DNA from: an uncultured Alphaproteobacteria bacterium
GTDB taxonomy: Bacteria; Pseudomonadota; Alphaproteobacteria; Rs-D84
DNA: 32,000 nt
Assembly: GCA_963931495.1 (NCBI GenBank)
Contig: OZ007020.1
Location: 330,001 to 362,000 of the forward strand
Direction: 5' to 3'
The translations under genes and the position numbers were made by a program. The notes under the pieces were generated by a model. It saw only the letters and a list, made by a program, of their open reading frames with translations, had not been told where the DNA came from and ran no database searches. Below, one piece after another: positions 16,163 to 24,817 of the stretch (position 1 is its first letter; every line of letters begins with the position of its first letter).

Positions 16163-17182
16163 ATGCAGGATGATTTGTTTTATAAGTTATTGTTGCTGCG
16201 CAGTCCGGGAATCGGCCCGGTGCGATATACGGAATTAATATCGCAATTCGGGGATGTTGAATCGGCGGCCCGTGCGGCCGGGGCGGCCAATAATGCGATT
16301 CGGGATTCGGTTATGCGTGAAATGGAACGCGCAAGTGATTTGGGTATAAATTATATTTGTGACGATTCGGTTTACTATCCGCAAATGTTAAAAAAAATTA
16401 AAAATCATCCGCCGGTGTTAACTGTACGTGGAAATCTGGATGCATTGACGCGGCCAACAATCAGCATCGTTGGCACACGACACGCAACCGCCGCAGGAAT
16501 GAATTTTGTGTCCAATATTGCCCAAGCGTTTGCACAACATGGAAATGTGGTTGTGTCGGGCATGGCAATGGGTACAGATACGGCCGCGCACCGTGGTGCG
16601 TTAAGTTGTCCTGGAAATGCGCAAACAATCGCGGTCGTTGCCGGTGGTGTTGATTATATTTGGCCATTGGAAAACGAATCGTTGTATTGGGAAATTGTTT
16701 CGCGCGGCGCAGTGGTCAGTGAAATGCCAGTTGGTTTTACACCAGTTGCAACGAATTTTGTTCAACGTAATCGCTGGGTCGCAGGAATCGGAGAACAATT
16801 GATTATCAGCGAGGCAGATGTTAATTCGGGCAGTATGAAAACAGCGCGATTCGCATCTGAATTTAATCGCAAAATTTGGGCAATCCCATCGCATCCGTCG
16901 GATTCACGCGCCTTTGGGCCAAATTCTTTGATTCAATCAGGGGTGGCAAAACTGTGTATGGGAATATCAGATTTTTTTGAACAAAATAAAAATAATGTAA
17001 AAAAAGAAAAAAAATTCGATTCGGAAAATTTGCTGTTGGATGCGTTGGGAACAATTCCTGTGTCAGAATCTGTATTGGCAGAAATTGTCAAAAAATCTGT
17101 TTCGGAAATAAAAGCAGATTTAGTCATCTTGGAATTGCAGGGATTGGTGCGTAAATCCAATGGTGGATATGTCCGTGCGTGA
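16163..17182 (+). CDS. dprA: DNA-processing protein DprA (Smf)
   Basis: LLLLRSPGIGPVRYTELISQFG (N-terminal HhH/SAM-like region), IVGTRHATAAG...VVSGMAMGTDTAAHRGAL (Rossmann core) and a C-terminal winged-helix-like tail. The start at ATG 16163 is uncertain (weak SD; a TATAGT at 16147-16152 would give a near-leaderless mRNA). The longer track ORF from 16088 covers the terminator hairpin. Confidence 0.85.
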   Translation: MQDDLFYKLLLLRSPGIGPVRYTELISQFGDVESAARAAGAANNAIRDSVMREMERASDLGINYICDDSVYYPQMLKKIKNHPPVLTVRGNLDALTRPTISIVGTRHATAAGMNFVSNIAQAFAQHGNVVVSGMAMGTDTAAHRGALSCPGNAQTIAVVAGGVDYIWPLENESLYWEIVSRGAVVSEMPVGFTPVATNFVQRNRWVAGIGEQLIISEADVNSGSMKTARFASEFNRKIWAIPSHPSDSRAFGPNSLIQSGVAKLCMGISDFFEQNKNNVKKEKKFDSENLLLDALGTIPVSESVLAEIVKKSVSEIKADLVILELQGLVRKSNGGYVRA

Positions 17183-17509
17183 ATAAATTCATGTCTATAC
17201 AGTGTATATACAACGCGCGGAAAACAGCCAAAAAAACGAATCGTTGTCAAAAAGTAAATGTTGAAAAATTGTTTAACAATTGGTTGCAAATACGAATTTA
17301 TCTTTTAACTTAACAGACGTATCCAAAACGATTGATGAAACATTCAATCACCAAAAGCGAGAGGGGTTATAACGTAGGAACATAACATAAACACTAAATT
17401 TTTATGACACCGTATGGTTCAGTAAAATTTAGCGTTTATGCGGGGGTGGTTTTTATACTCTTGCACAGGCGGATGACTTTTTTGAGGGGACAGGAAAAGG
17501 AGAAACGAT

Positions 17510-18796
17510 ATGCAGGCAGCGGCACAAAAAATAATGACAAACTTGGAACAAATCAAGGGGGCCATTGCCGCGAAAATGGATTCTGCAAGTTTTACTTCTT
17601 GGATTGCGCCATTGCAATTTGATGTGTGTGATGATGTTTTGGTATTGGGCGCACAAAATCAATTTTCAGCAGACTTTATAGCCAGTGTTCATATGGGGGT
17701 TTTGACGTCTGTCGCGGCCCAATTTGGTTTGGGGGTAAAATTATCTGTGCGTGGCGCGGCGAATGTGGCACCGATTGCAAATGATAATAACGCCCAGGCA
17801 TATGCGCCTGTGGCCGGGGTTTCGTCGGTGCATGTGGCCAATCAAGATGCGTTCGCGGCATTCGTATGCGCAGATGAAAACACGTTCGTTGTGTCGGCGT
17901 GCAAAAAACTGGCGGCGGGTATGGTTCCATTCTCGCCGTTGTTTATTTATGGCCCGGCAGGATGTGGAAAATCTTTATTGGCTGAATGCGTTGAACGTGC
18001 GGCGGCTGGACGTGTGATAAAAATGTCAGGCGGGCAATTTGTTTCTGAATTCACACGCAGTTTGCATGACAGAACAGTATTTGCATTCAAAGACTTTTGT
18101 CGTAACTGTGATACATTTATCTTGGATGATGTTCAAATGTTGGCAGGCAAGCGTGCAACATGTGAAGAATTTATTCAATTAATTCTTGATTTGCGTGCCG
18201 CCGGCAAGAATGTTGTTCTGACGGCGAATGCGGCACCAAATAATTTGAACGGATTTGATCGTCGGATGCAATCATTGATGGCATCTGGGCTGGTGGCGGA
18301 TGTGGTGGCACCAACAATGAATGTACGTCGCGTTATGTTGATGCGTGCGGGGGTTGCCGCTGATATGGCAGATGCAATTGCATCGCGCGTTGCGTCTGAT
18401 GGGCATTTGGTCGCCGGTGTGGCGATGAAAATTAAAACGTATGCCGAACTGATGGGTGAAACTGTGACAATGGATGTTGTGCAACGTTTGTTGTCTGATT
18501 CTTTGCAGAAGGCAAAAACACCAATTGCAATGGTTAAATCAATGTGTGAAAAATTGGCGGTGTCGTATGATGCGGTATGTGGCAAAGGGCGCAGTCGGGC
18601 AATCGTTTTGGCACGTCAAATGATGATGGCGGTATTAAAAGATGCGACAAATTTGTCACTGGCGGAAATTGGGCGTGTTTGTGGTGATCGGGATCATGCA
18701 ACTGTTCTGTACGCCATTTCACAAATTGAAAAATTAAAGAAAACAGACTTGGTTTTGGCGGCGCAAATTTCGCAAATGGTTGCAGAATATAAATAA
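17510..18796 (+). CDS. dnaA: chromosomal replication initiator DnaA (divergent, 428 aa)
   Basis: AGGAG SD. The N-terminus reads FTSWIAPLQF...LVLGAQNQFSADFI. Walker A is GPAGCGKS and Walker B is FILDDVQ. The arginine-finger block is FDRRMQSLMASGLVADVVAP. Domain IV reads RAIVLARQMMMAVL...LAEIGRVCGDRDHATVLYA. Confidence 0.85.
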   Translation: MQAAAQKIMTNLEQIKGAIAAKMDSASFTSWIAPLQFDVCDDVLVLGAQNQFSADFIASVHMGVLTSVAAQFGLGVKLSVRGAANVAPIANDNNAQAYAPVAGVSSVHVANQDAFAAFVCADENTFVVSACKKLAAGMVPFSPLFIYGPAGCGKSLLAECVERAAAGRVIKMSGGQFVSEFTRSLHDRTVFAFKDFCRNCDTFILDDVQMLAGKRATCEEFIQLILDLRAAGKNVVLTANAAPNNLNGFDRRMQSLMASGLVADVVAPTMNVRRVMLMRAGVAADMADAIASRVASDGHLVAGVAMKIKTYAELMGETVTMDVVQRLLSDSLQKAKTPIAMVKSMCEKLAVSYDAVCGKGRSRAIVLARQMMMAVLKDATNLSLAEIGRVCGDRDHATVLYAISQIEKLKKTDLVLAAQISQMVAEYK

Positions 18797-18837
18797 AAAT
18801 AATTTACGCGTATTAAAGGGCGGAACTTAATTCACTG

Positions 18838-18866
18838 TTGGAAAGACTGATATTTTGTGATAAAAT
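18838..18866 (+). promoter_or_regulatory. candidate sigma70 promoter for the Cys-rich exported protein
   Basis: TTGGAA (18838-18843), 17-nt spacer ending in TGA (extended -10 TG), TAAAAT (18861-18866). It lies 38 nt before ATG 18904. Confidence 0.5.
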
Positions 18867-18903
18867 GCAAGTAACAGTTGTGTTGGTGATGGAGCAGGGA
18901 ATT

Positions 18904-20340
18904 ATGAAAAAAATTTTACTATCTGTTATATCGGTATGTTGTTTGGCTGGGGTGCCAATGCATGCAGATGCGGCGTGTGGCGACAATTCTGTTCGTTTTT
19001 CCGGATTCAAAGGACCAGATGATAACGAATATATATATGCATTGACGTCAGATTTTGACAAGGTAAATTCTGGATATTCTGGGGCAAATAATTTTACAAC
19101 CAGCGGTTCGGTATGGGAATGTGGCAGCAACAGTTGCGCACACGGTTCTGGTATAATTGCGCCGGCGGGACACGCATGGGATAACCACAGGCAGAGAGGT
19201 GAAAGATTCTATTGGTGCAATAATGCATTTGGTGATTCATGGCAAGAATATGATTTGATTCCATGCGACGATAGTTTCTATGAAAGTTTAGCAAAAAATC
19301 CATCGTTGGAAAATCTGAATATTGATATGAATGGTACATCAGATGAGATGATTTATCGCATTGATTCTAACCGTGGTAAAACCACTGTTTTTTGCTATAC
19401 AAATCCAGAACGGGTTGCGTGTGTAACAACAGATGGGGCGCAGTGGTTTAACGGCGAATGTCAATGTCTGGAATTAAATGGCGTGGCGCGTGAATGGAAC
19501 GGGACAACCTGTGTCGCAAAGCCGAACGCAACAGGAATTTCAGACGGCAACAACACAGCAGGGCAAGACAATGCACAGGATGCCGGGCAAGAATCGGTTG
19601 TTGCGGGTGCTGGTGCACAATCTGGGGATACATTGAATCAAACAGAAAGATGCATTCGCAGTCGCTGTGGCGGGTTGACGGGAAATACATACAGCCAGTG
19701 TATTACGTGTTGTTACGTACCGGCATCTGTTGCAGTATGGAACAGTGACACACGTATTTGTGAATGTGTGGACAATCAACAGACGTTTAATCCGTCATCG
19801 TTACAGTGCGAAACAGCAAGCGTGGCACAATCAACGGGTGTCTTTGAATGTGATGCAACAATTTTGTCGCAAATAAGTAATTACGCATCACAATATGCCG
19901 GTGATGTGACGATTACAACCCAGATAAACAATATTTTAACGTATTGCAGTGGCAGTGCCCCGTCGCAAATTGTGTTTAATAATATGTATAATCAATTGTT
20001 GTCTTTGATTGGGCGGGCGGATGATGCGGCCGCCGCGGCACAACAAAATGCCCAAATAACAGCGTCGCAAAATAAAATCAAAAGCGCATATGCGTGGTTG
20101 ACAGAACAACAAGAAACACTGGATGTCAGCAAGTGGCGCAATGCCGAAGGAAACTTTAACACATCGCGTTTGTTATCTGATTCTATTGCTGGGGTCGTTC
20201 TGGGGACGGCAGGTGGGCTGATAACCAGTCATGTTGTTAAAAATGGACAGATAGAAAACGGCTTTGAAGATTTGCAATGTACGGTTGGTGGACAAGTTGT
20301 TGCCAACTGGAATGACCAGTTCCGCGTCGGTATCCAATAA
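18904..20340 (+). CDS. hypothetical Cys-rich exported protein (478 aa) with C-proximal glycine-zipper segment
   Basis: Start moved to ATG 18904 (GGAGCAGGGA SD). The signal peptide is MKKILLSVISVCCLAGVPMHADA/A. It has more than 20 Cys and two copies of a W-x(4-6)-C-x-C-x(13-14)-C module (nt 19444-19512 and 19738-19809). A Gln/Ala-rich helical stretch precedes the hydrophobic SIAGVVLGTAGGLITSHVV segment (20182-20238). Confidence 0.6.
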   Translation: MKKILLSVISVCCLAGVPMHADAACGDNSVRFSGFKGPDDNEYIYALTSDFDKVNSGYSGANNFTTSGSVWECGSNSCAHGSGIIAPAGHAWDNHRQRGERFYWCNNAFGDSWQEYDLIPCDDSFYESLAKNPSLENLNIDMNGTSDEMIYRIDSNRGKTTVFCYTNPERVACVTTDGAQWFNGECQCLELNGVAREWNGTTCVAKPNATGISDGNNTAGQDNAQDAGQESVVAGAGAQSGDTLNQTERCIRSRCGGLTGNTYSQCITCCYVPASVAVWNSDTRICECVDNQQTFNPSSLQCETASVAQSTGVFECDATILSQISNYASQYAGDVTITTQINNILTYCSGSAPSQIVFNNMYNQLLSLIGRADDAAAAAQQNAQITASQNKIKSAYAWLTEQQETLDVSKWRNAEGNFNTSRLLSDSIAGVVLGTAGGLITSHVVKNGQIENGFEDLQCTVGGQVVANWNDQFRVGIQ

Positions 20341-20356
20341 GATGGGGAAAACAAAG

Positions 20357-20385
20357 AATGCCGGACCAAAGTCCGGCATTTTTAT
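20357..20385. terminator. rho-independent terminator between convergent genes
   Basis: AATGCCGGAC-caaa-GTCCGGCATT-TTTATTTT. A 10-bp stem sits 17 nt after the stop at 20340 and directly abuts the stop of the minus-strand 135-aa ORF. Confidence 0.7.
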
Positions 20386-20386
20386 T

Positions 20387-20794
20387 TTATCTTTGTGCCA
20401 TGTTAACGAAACGTAATAATTTTTGACGAATTGCCATTTGACGGCGCAGGTCTTGGCGTGATGCATGGTTCAAATGCGACATAAAATCTGGCCGGGCATC
20501 AATTTCGTTTGTTGGGAACAAATACGCCACAGGGGTGTTTGTATATTTATCCAGATATTCAACAATTGTGCACGCCAGACGTTCACCCATAACGGGGCGC
20601 AGGTGTTCATACGCCAGTGTCATGTTATGTGCCGCCGGGTTTGGAAAGTCCGTGCTGGAAAAAAAGCTGCCACTGTTGGCGATGCGCTGGCCATTTTTAT
20701 TAACCACTGTCAACGGTGTGCAGGGGCACAGGTCAAATAATTGTGAATTTGCAAATGTAGAAAACTGTACAATATATGTGTTCTTTTTTTTCAT
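20387..20794 (-). CDS. hypothetical protein (135 aa)
   Basis: ATG at 20794 with an AAAGGA SD, 68 nt downstream of the parE stop on the same strand. No signal peptide or recognisable motif. Confidence 0.5.
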   Translation of the reverse strand: MKKKNTYIVQFSTFANSQLFDLCPCTPLTVVNKNGQRIANSGSFFSSTDFPNPAAHNMTLAYEHLRPVMGERLACTIVEYLDKYTNTPVAYLFPTNEIDARPDFMSHLNHASRQDLRRQMAIRQKLLRFVNMAQR

Positions 20795-20862
20795 ATCGTT
20801 ATCCTTTTACGGGGTAAATATAGGACGAAAAGAACAATTGTCAATCGTAAAAATGGTGTTTT

Positions 20863-22842
20863 TTATACGAACAAGTCTTTGACAAACTGGGCATGTTCGG
20901 TGATGAATTTGAATCGGAATTCAGGTTTTTTACCCATTAATTCAGAAACAATTGTACGGGTTTTTTCTGTATCTTCGGCACCATCGTCTGTGCGTGGGGG
21001 TAATTCAACGCGAATCAAGCGCCGGGTTTTTGGTGACATTGTTGTTTCTTTTAACTGGTTGGGCATCATTTCCCCCAATCCTTTGAATCGGGAAATTTCC
21101 ACTTTTTTATTTTTATATTTCGTTTCTTTTAATTTTTCTAGATCTTCGTCAGAATCAACATATACCGATTCGGTCCCACAGGTCAGTTTATACAACGGGG
21201 GACATGATAAATACAGATGACCGCCATATATCAGTTGGGGCATTACCTGGTAAAAAAACGCCATCAGTAATGATGCAATATGACTGCCATCAACGTCGGC
21301 ATCGGTCATGACAATGATTTTTTCATAGCGTAATTTTGATTCATCCCAATCCTTGGCCGTGCCGGCACCGATGATATCAATCAATTCATTTAATTCTTTG
21401 TTTGCGCTGAACCGTTCATCAGAATTTGATACGACATTTAATACCTTGCCACGCAGTGGCATAATCGCCTGGGTCGCGCGGTCGCGCGCCTGTTTCGCGG
21501 TGCCGCCGGCGGATTCACCTTCTACGATAAATAATTCTGTGCCATCAACACCGTGTTTTGAACAGTCCGCCAATTTCGCCGGCATTCTGATGCGTTTAGT
21601 TGGTGTTTTACGGGCGATTTCTTTGACCTGTTTCGTTTTTATACGGGCATTGGCCAGATTGATTACAAATTCCAATATTGCATTTGCTGTCTTGGGATCA
21701 GATGCCAGAAAGATATCCCACGGGTCGCGCAGGGCATTTTCGGTATATCGTGCAATTTCAGGGTTGGACAGTTTTTCTTTGGTCTGGCCCAGAAATTGTG
21801 GCGTTTTATAAAATACGGAAACAATTGCTGCAACAGAATCAAATACATCGTCACTGATAATTGTGGTGGCCGATTTATTGTTTACTTTTTCGCCGTATGC
21901 CTTTATCCCCTTGGTAATAGCAGATTTGAACCCTGATTCGTGCGTGCCACCATCAATTGTTGCGATTGTGTTACAGTATGATGCAAAAAATCCATCGTCG
22001 GATGCCGCACCATTTTCGTCTGTTAAAAATGTTAACGCCCATTCAACGCGACCACTGTCATCAGGAAAATCCACAGCGCCACTGAATATTTTTGGCATTA
22101 TGCGCGGTTTGTCACGTGTTTTTTCATCCAGAAAATCGGCAACACCATTTGGATAGAAAAATGTTGTCTGGACAGGAATGTTCATGTCTTCGGTTAATAA
22201 TTCAGGATTACACATCCATTCAACATGCACACCGCGTGATAAAAACGCCTTGGACCGCGCCATGCGATATATTTTGACCGGTTTGAATACGGCCGAATCG
22301 CCAAATATTTCACCATCAATTGTAAATCTGATTTTCGTTCCGTGTTTTTTTGTCGCATCGCAACGGGTCATTTGACTGGTCGGTTTTCCGCGCGAAAAAG
22401 TTTGACGCCATTCGTACCCATCGCGTGCAATGGTTACAATCATTTCAGATGATAATGCGTTTACCACAGAACTGCCCACGCCATGCAGGCCCCCACTGGT
22501 TTTATACACATTATTATTAAATTTTCCCCCAGAATGCAGGGTTGTTAAAATCACTTCCAGTGCAGATTTTCCCGGAAACTTTGGATGTTCGGCCACTGGA
22601 ATCCCACGGCCGTCATCGGTAATCTCAATCGTTTTTGAATCAATTAAATTTACAGTTATGTTTTTGGCAAAACCGGCAACAGCCTCATCAATAGAATTAT
22701 CTAGGATTTCAATTGGTAAATGATGCCATGCCTTTTCATCAGTGCCACCAATATACATCCCAGGACGCAAACGAACAGGTTCCAGTCCTTCAAGAACCTG
22801 GATATCAGATGCATCATAAGAATGATTTACTTGTTCTGCCAT
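20863..22842 (-). CDS. parE: type IIA topoisomerase B subunit, most likely topoisomerase IV ParE
   Basis: GHKL ATPase N-terminus (LEGLEPVRLRPGMYIGGTD, ILDNSIDEAVAG, DDGRGIPV, GGLHGVG) and Toprim region (ELFIVEGESAGG, IMTDADVDGSHI). The 659-aa length and the HPKFPGKSALEVI block fit ParE rather than the roughly 800-aa Gram-negative GyrB. Confidence 0.8.
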   Translation of the reverse strand: MAEQVNHSYDASDIQVLEGLEPVRLRPGMYIGGTDEKAWHHLPIEILDNSIDEAVAGFAKNITVNLIDSKTIEITDDGRGIPVAEHPKFPGKSALEVILTTLHSGGKFNNNVYKTSGGLHGVGSSVVNALSSEMIVTIARDGYEWRQTFSRGKPTSQMTRCDATKKHGTKIRFTIDGEIFGDSAVFKPVKIYRMARSKAFLSRGVHVEWMCNPELLTEDMNIPVQTTFFYPNGVADFLDEKTRDKPRIMPKIFSGAVDFPDDSGRVEWALTFLTDENGAASDDGFFASYCNTIATIDGGTHESGFKSAITKGIKAYGEKVNNKSATTIISDDVFDSVAAIVSVFYKTPQFLGQTKEKLSNPEIARYTENALRDPWDIFLASDPKTANAILEFVINLANARIKTKQVKEIARKTPTKRIRMPAKLADCSKHGVDGTELFIVEGESAGGTAKQARDRATQAIMPLRGKVLNVVSNSDERFSANKELNELIDIIGAGTAKDWDESKLRYEKIIVMTDADVDGSHIASLLMAFFYQVMPQLIYGGHLYLSCPPLYKLTCGTESVYVDSDEDLEKLKETKYKNKKVEISRFKGLGEMMPNQLKETTMSPKTRRLIRVELPPRTDDGAEDTEKTRTIVSELMGKKPEFRFKFITEHAQFVKDLFV

Positions 22843-22991
22843 GGCATAACAGTATTAGTATATTTTTCAAATTCTTGCAAGTGAAAGAATTTGTTATAAT
22901 TAATCTGTAATACCGAATGCTGTTTATAGACTTGATTTTTTTTATAATATACTTATATAAGTGGGGATAATAAAGACGATGGACAGATAAA

Positions 22992-24119
22992 ATGAACAAA
23001 AATCCTTATGAAGTTTTGGGCGTTGCGCGGAATGCGTCTGATGATGAGATTAAGAAAGCATATCATAAATTAGTTATGAAATATCATCCAGACAGAAATC
23101 CAGGCGACAAGTCAGCCGAAGAAAAATTCAAAGAAGTTAATAATGCCTTTGATATACTGAAAGATCCGCAAAAACGTGCGGCATATGACAGATTTGGTGA
23201 TGCGGCGTTTGCCGGTGGTAATGCGTCGGGCGCAAATCCGTTCGGGGCCGGGGCCAATCCGTTTGGTAATGGCGCGTTCCACTTTAATATGGGTGGGGCC
23301 GGCATGGACGATATATTACGCGAAGCAATGCGGGGATTCGGATTTGGTGATTTTGGCACAGGCAATGGGCAATCGGCGAAACGTGGTGGGCGTGACTTGT
23401 TGGACGAAGTCACCATAGATTTACGCGATGCATATTTCGGAACAACACATACGGTTAAATTTACAACAAATGTTGAATGCGACAAGTGCCACGGATATGG
23501 TACAGCAGATGGCAAGCCTGCACCAACATGTTCGCGATGTGGTGGGCGTGGATATGTTCGTACATCGCGTGGATTCTTTGCAATGGAAACGCCGTGCCCA
23601 GAATGTAATGGCACAGGTCACAAAATTGATAAAAAATGTTCACAATGTGATGGGGATGGTACAATTCGGAAAAGTCGCACGTTGGACGTGAATATTCCCG
23701 CCGGGGTTGAAGATGGTACACGGTTGCGTCTGGCGGGCCAGGGCGAAGCCGGACAAAACGGTGCGCCGGCGGGTGATTTTTACCTGGATGTGCGTGTACG
23801 CCCAGATAAACGTTTTGAACGTGATGGCGCGGATTTAATTACACGCGTTGATATACCGTTTACCACGTTGGCGTTGGGTGGCGAAATAGAAGTTGATACC
23901 ATTGATGATAAAAAATTATCGGTAAAGGTGCCGGCGGGTACCCAGGTTGGCGAAAAACTGCGTGTGCGGGGACATGGAATGCCGACACGACGTGCGGGCA
24001 GTTTTGGTGATTTGTATATAGATGTTAATATGCGTGTGCCAACAAAATTGACCGAAAAGCAAAAGAAATTATTAAATGAATTTGCCGGCACAAAAAGTGC
24101 CAAAAAAGGGTGGTTTTAA
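22992..24119 (+). CDS. dnaJ: molecular chaperone DnaJ
   Basis: J domain (YEVLGV...[16 protein letters not shown]), a G/F-rich linker, and four CxxCxGxG zinc-finger repeats ([32 protein letters not shown]). Confidence 0.95.
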   Translation: MNKNPYEVLGVARNASDDEIKKAYHKLVMKYHPDRNPGDKSAEEKFKEVNNAFDILKDPQKRAAYDRFGDAAFAGGNASGANPFGAGANPFGNGAFHFNMGGAGMDDILREAMRGFGFGDFGTGNGQSAKRGGRDLLDEVTIDLRDAYFGTTHTVKFTTNVECDKCHGYGTADGKPAPTCSRCGGRGYVRTSRGFFAMETPCPECNGTGHKIDKKCSQCDGDGTIRKSRTLDVNIPAGVEDGTRLRLAGQGEAGQNGAPAGDFYLDVRVRPDKRFERDGADLITRVDIPFTTLALGGEIEVDTIDDKKLSVKVPAGTQVGEKLRVRGHGMPTRRAGSFGDLYIDVNMRVPTKLTEKQKKLLNEFAGTKSAKKGWF

Positions 24120-24130
24120 CAATTGTAAAA

Positions 24131-24176
24131 AAAACGCGCTATGTGCATAAAAACATGTACATAGCGCGTTTTTGTT
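24131..24176. terminator. strong bidirectional rho-independent terminator (dnaJ / pgsA)
   Basis: AAAACGCGCTATGT...ACATAGCGCGTTTT forms a 14-bp perfect stem, extendable to about 18 bp with one G-U pair. It is flanked by an A run and a T run. Confidence 0.8.
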
Positions 24177-24188
24177 TTGTTGATTTTT

Positions 24189-24788
24189 TTATTTTATCTT
24201 TTTTAATTTTTCAGCGAAAGTGAATGTGTATTGTGTCGCTGACCATACAGATGCGACCAATGCCAGCCATGTTCCCCATATGCCAATTTGTGATAATACG
24301 TTCAATGATACTGTGATGGTGTTGCTGGTCGTTTCAGGGGTGATAATCGCACTTAATGCGAATAACAGCAAGAACACGGAAATGGTTATCATTTGCAGTG
24401 TTGTTTTAATCTTTCCCATTGAAAAGCGCGCCTTGGGTACCGGCATTTCCATCTTTTGGGTCCCCATAAATTCGCGCAGGCCACTGATATACAATTCACG
24501 CGCGACCATTAAAATTACAGGTACGACAATGAACCATACAGGTATCATAACCATTAACATTAAAAATGTATTAACCACCAATAACTTGTCACCAATGTGA
24601 TCCATAACGCCGCCCAGTTTTGTGCATACGTTATATTTACGTGCCAAAAATCCATCAAACCAATCAGAAACAGCGGCCAGAATAAACAATATAAATGATG
24701 TCCAATACAGACCGAACATCAGTGTCGGTATAATCGCAAATGCCGCCGCAATGCGAAACGCAGATAAAAAGTTTACAAAAAATTTCAT
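24189..24788 (-). CDS. pgsA: CDP-alcohol phosphatidyltransferase, probably phosphatidylglycerophosphate synthase
   Basis: 199-aa membrane protein with the CDP-alcohol motif DWFDGFLARKYNVCTKLGGVMDHIGDKLL (D-x2-DG-x2-AR-x8-G-x3-D-x3-D). AGGAG SD. Confidence 0.75.
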   Translation of the reverse strand: MKFFVNFLSAFRIAAAFAIIPTLMFGLYWTSFILFILAAVSDWFDGFLARKYNVCTKLGGVMDHIGDKLLVVNTFLMLMVMIPVWFIVVPVILMVARELYISGLREFMGTQKMEMPVPKARFSMGKIKTTLQMITISVFLLLFALSAIITPETTSNTITVSLNVLSQIGIWGTWLALVASVWSATQYTFTFAEKLKKIK

Positions 24789-24817
24789 GTTTGCTCCTTT
24801 CGTTATATTTATCCAGA

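Noticed and set aside
17183-17509. I looked for an oriC-type DnaA-box cluster upstream of dnaA, and also examined near-boxes elsewhere (AGTGGATAA at 14492-14500 inside the plsY start; TGATCCACA at 4781-4789).
   Set aside because: There is no exact TTATCCACA in the leader. The near-matches are isolated, one-mismatch and intragenic, so there is not enough to call an origin by eye.
20863-22842. Calling this gene gyrB.
   Set aside because: Its 659 aa lacks the large insertion of Gram-negative GyrB (about 800 aa), and the HPKFPGKSALEVI block fits ParE. Some uncertainty remains without a phylogeny.
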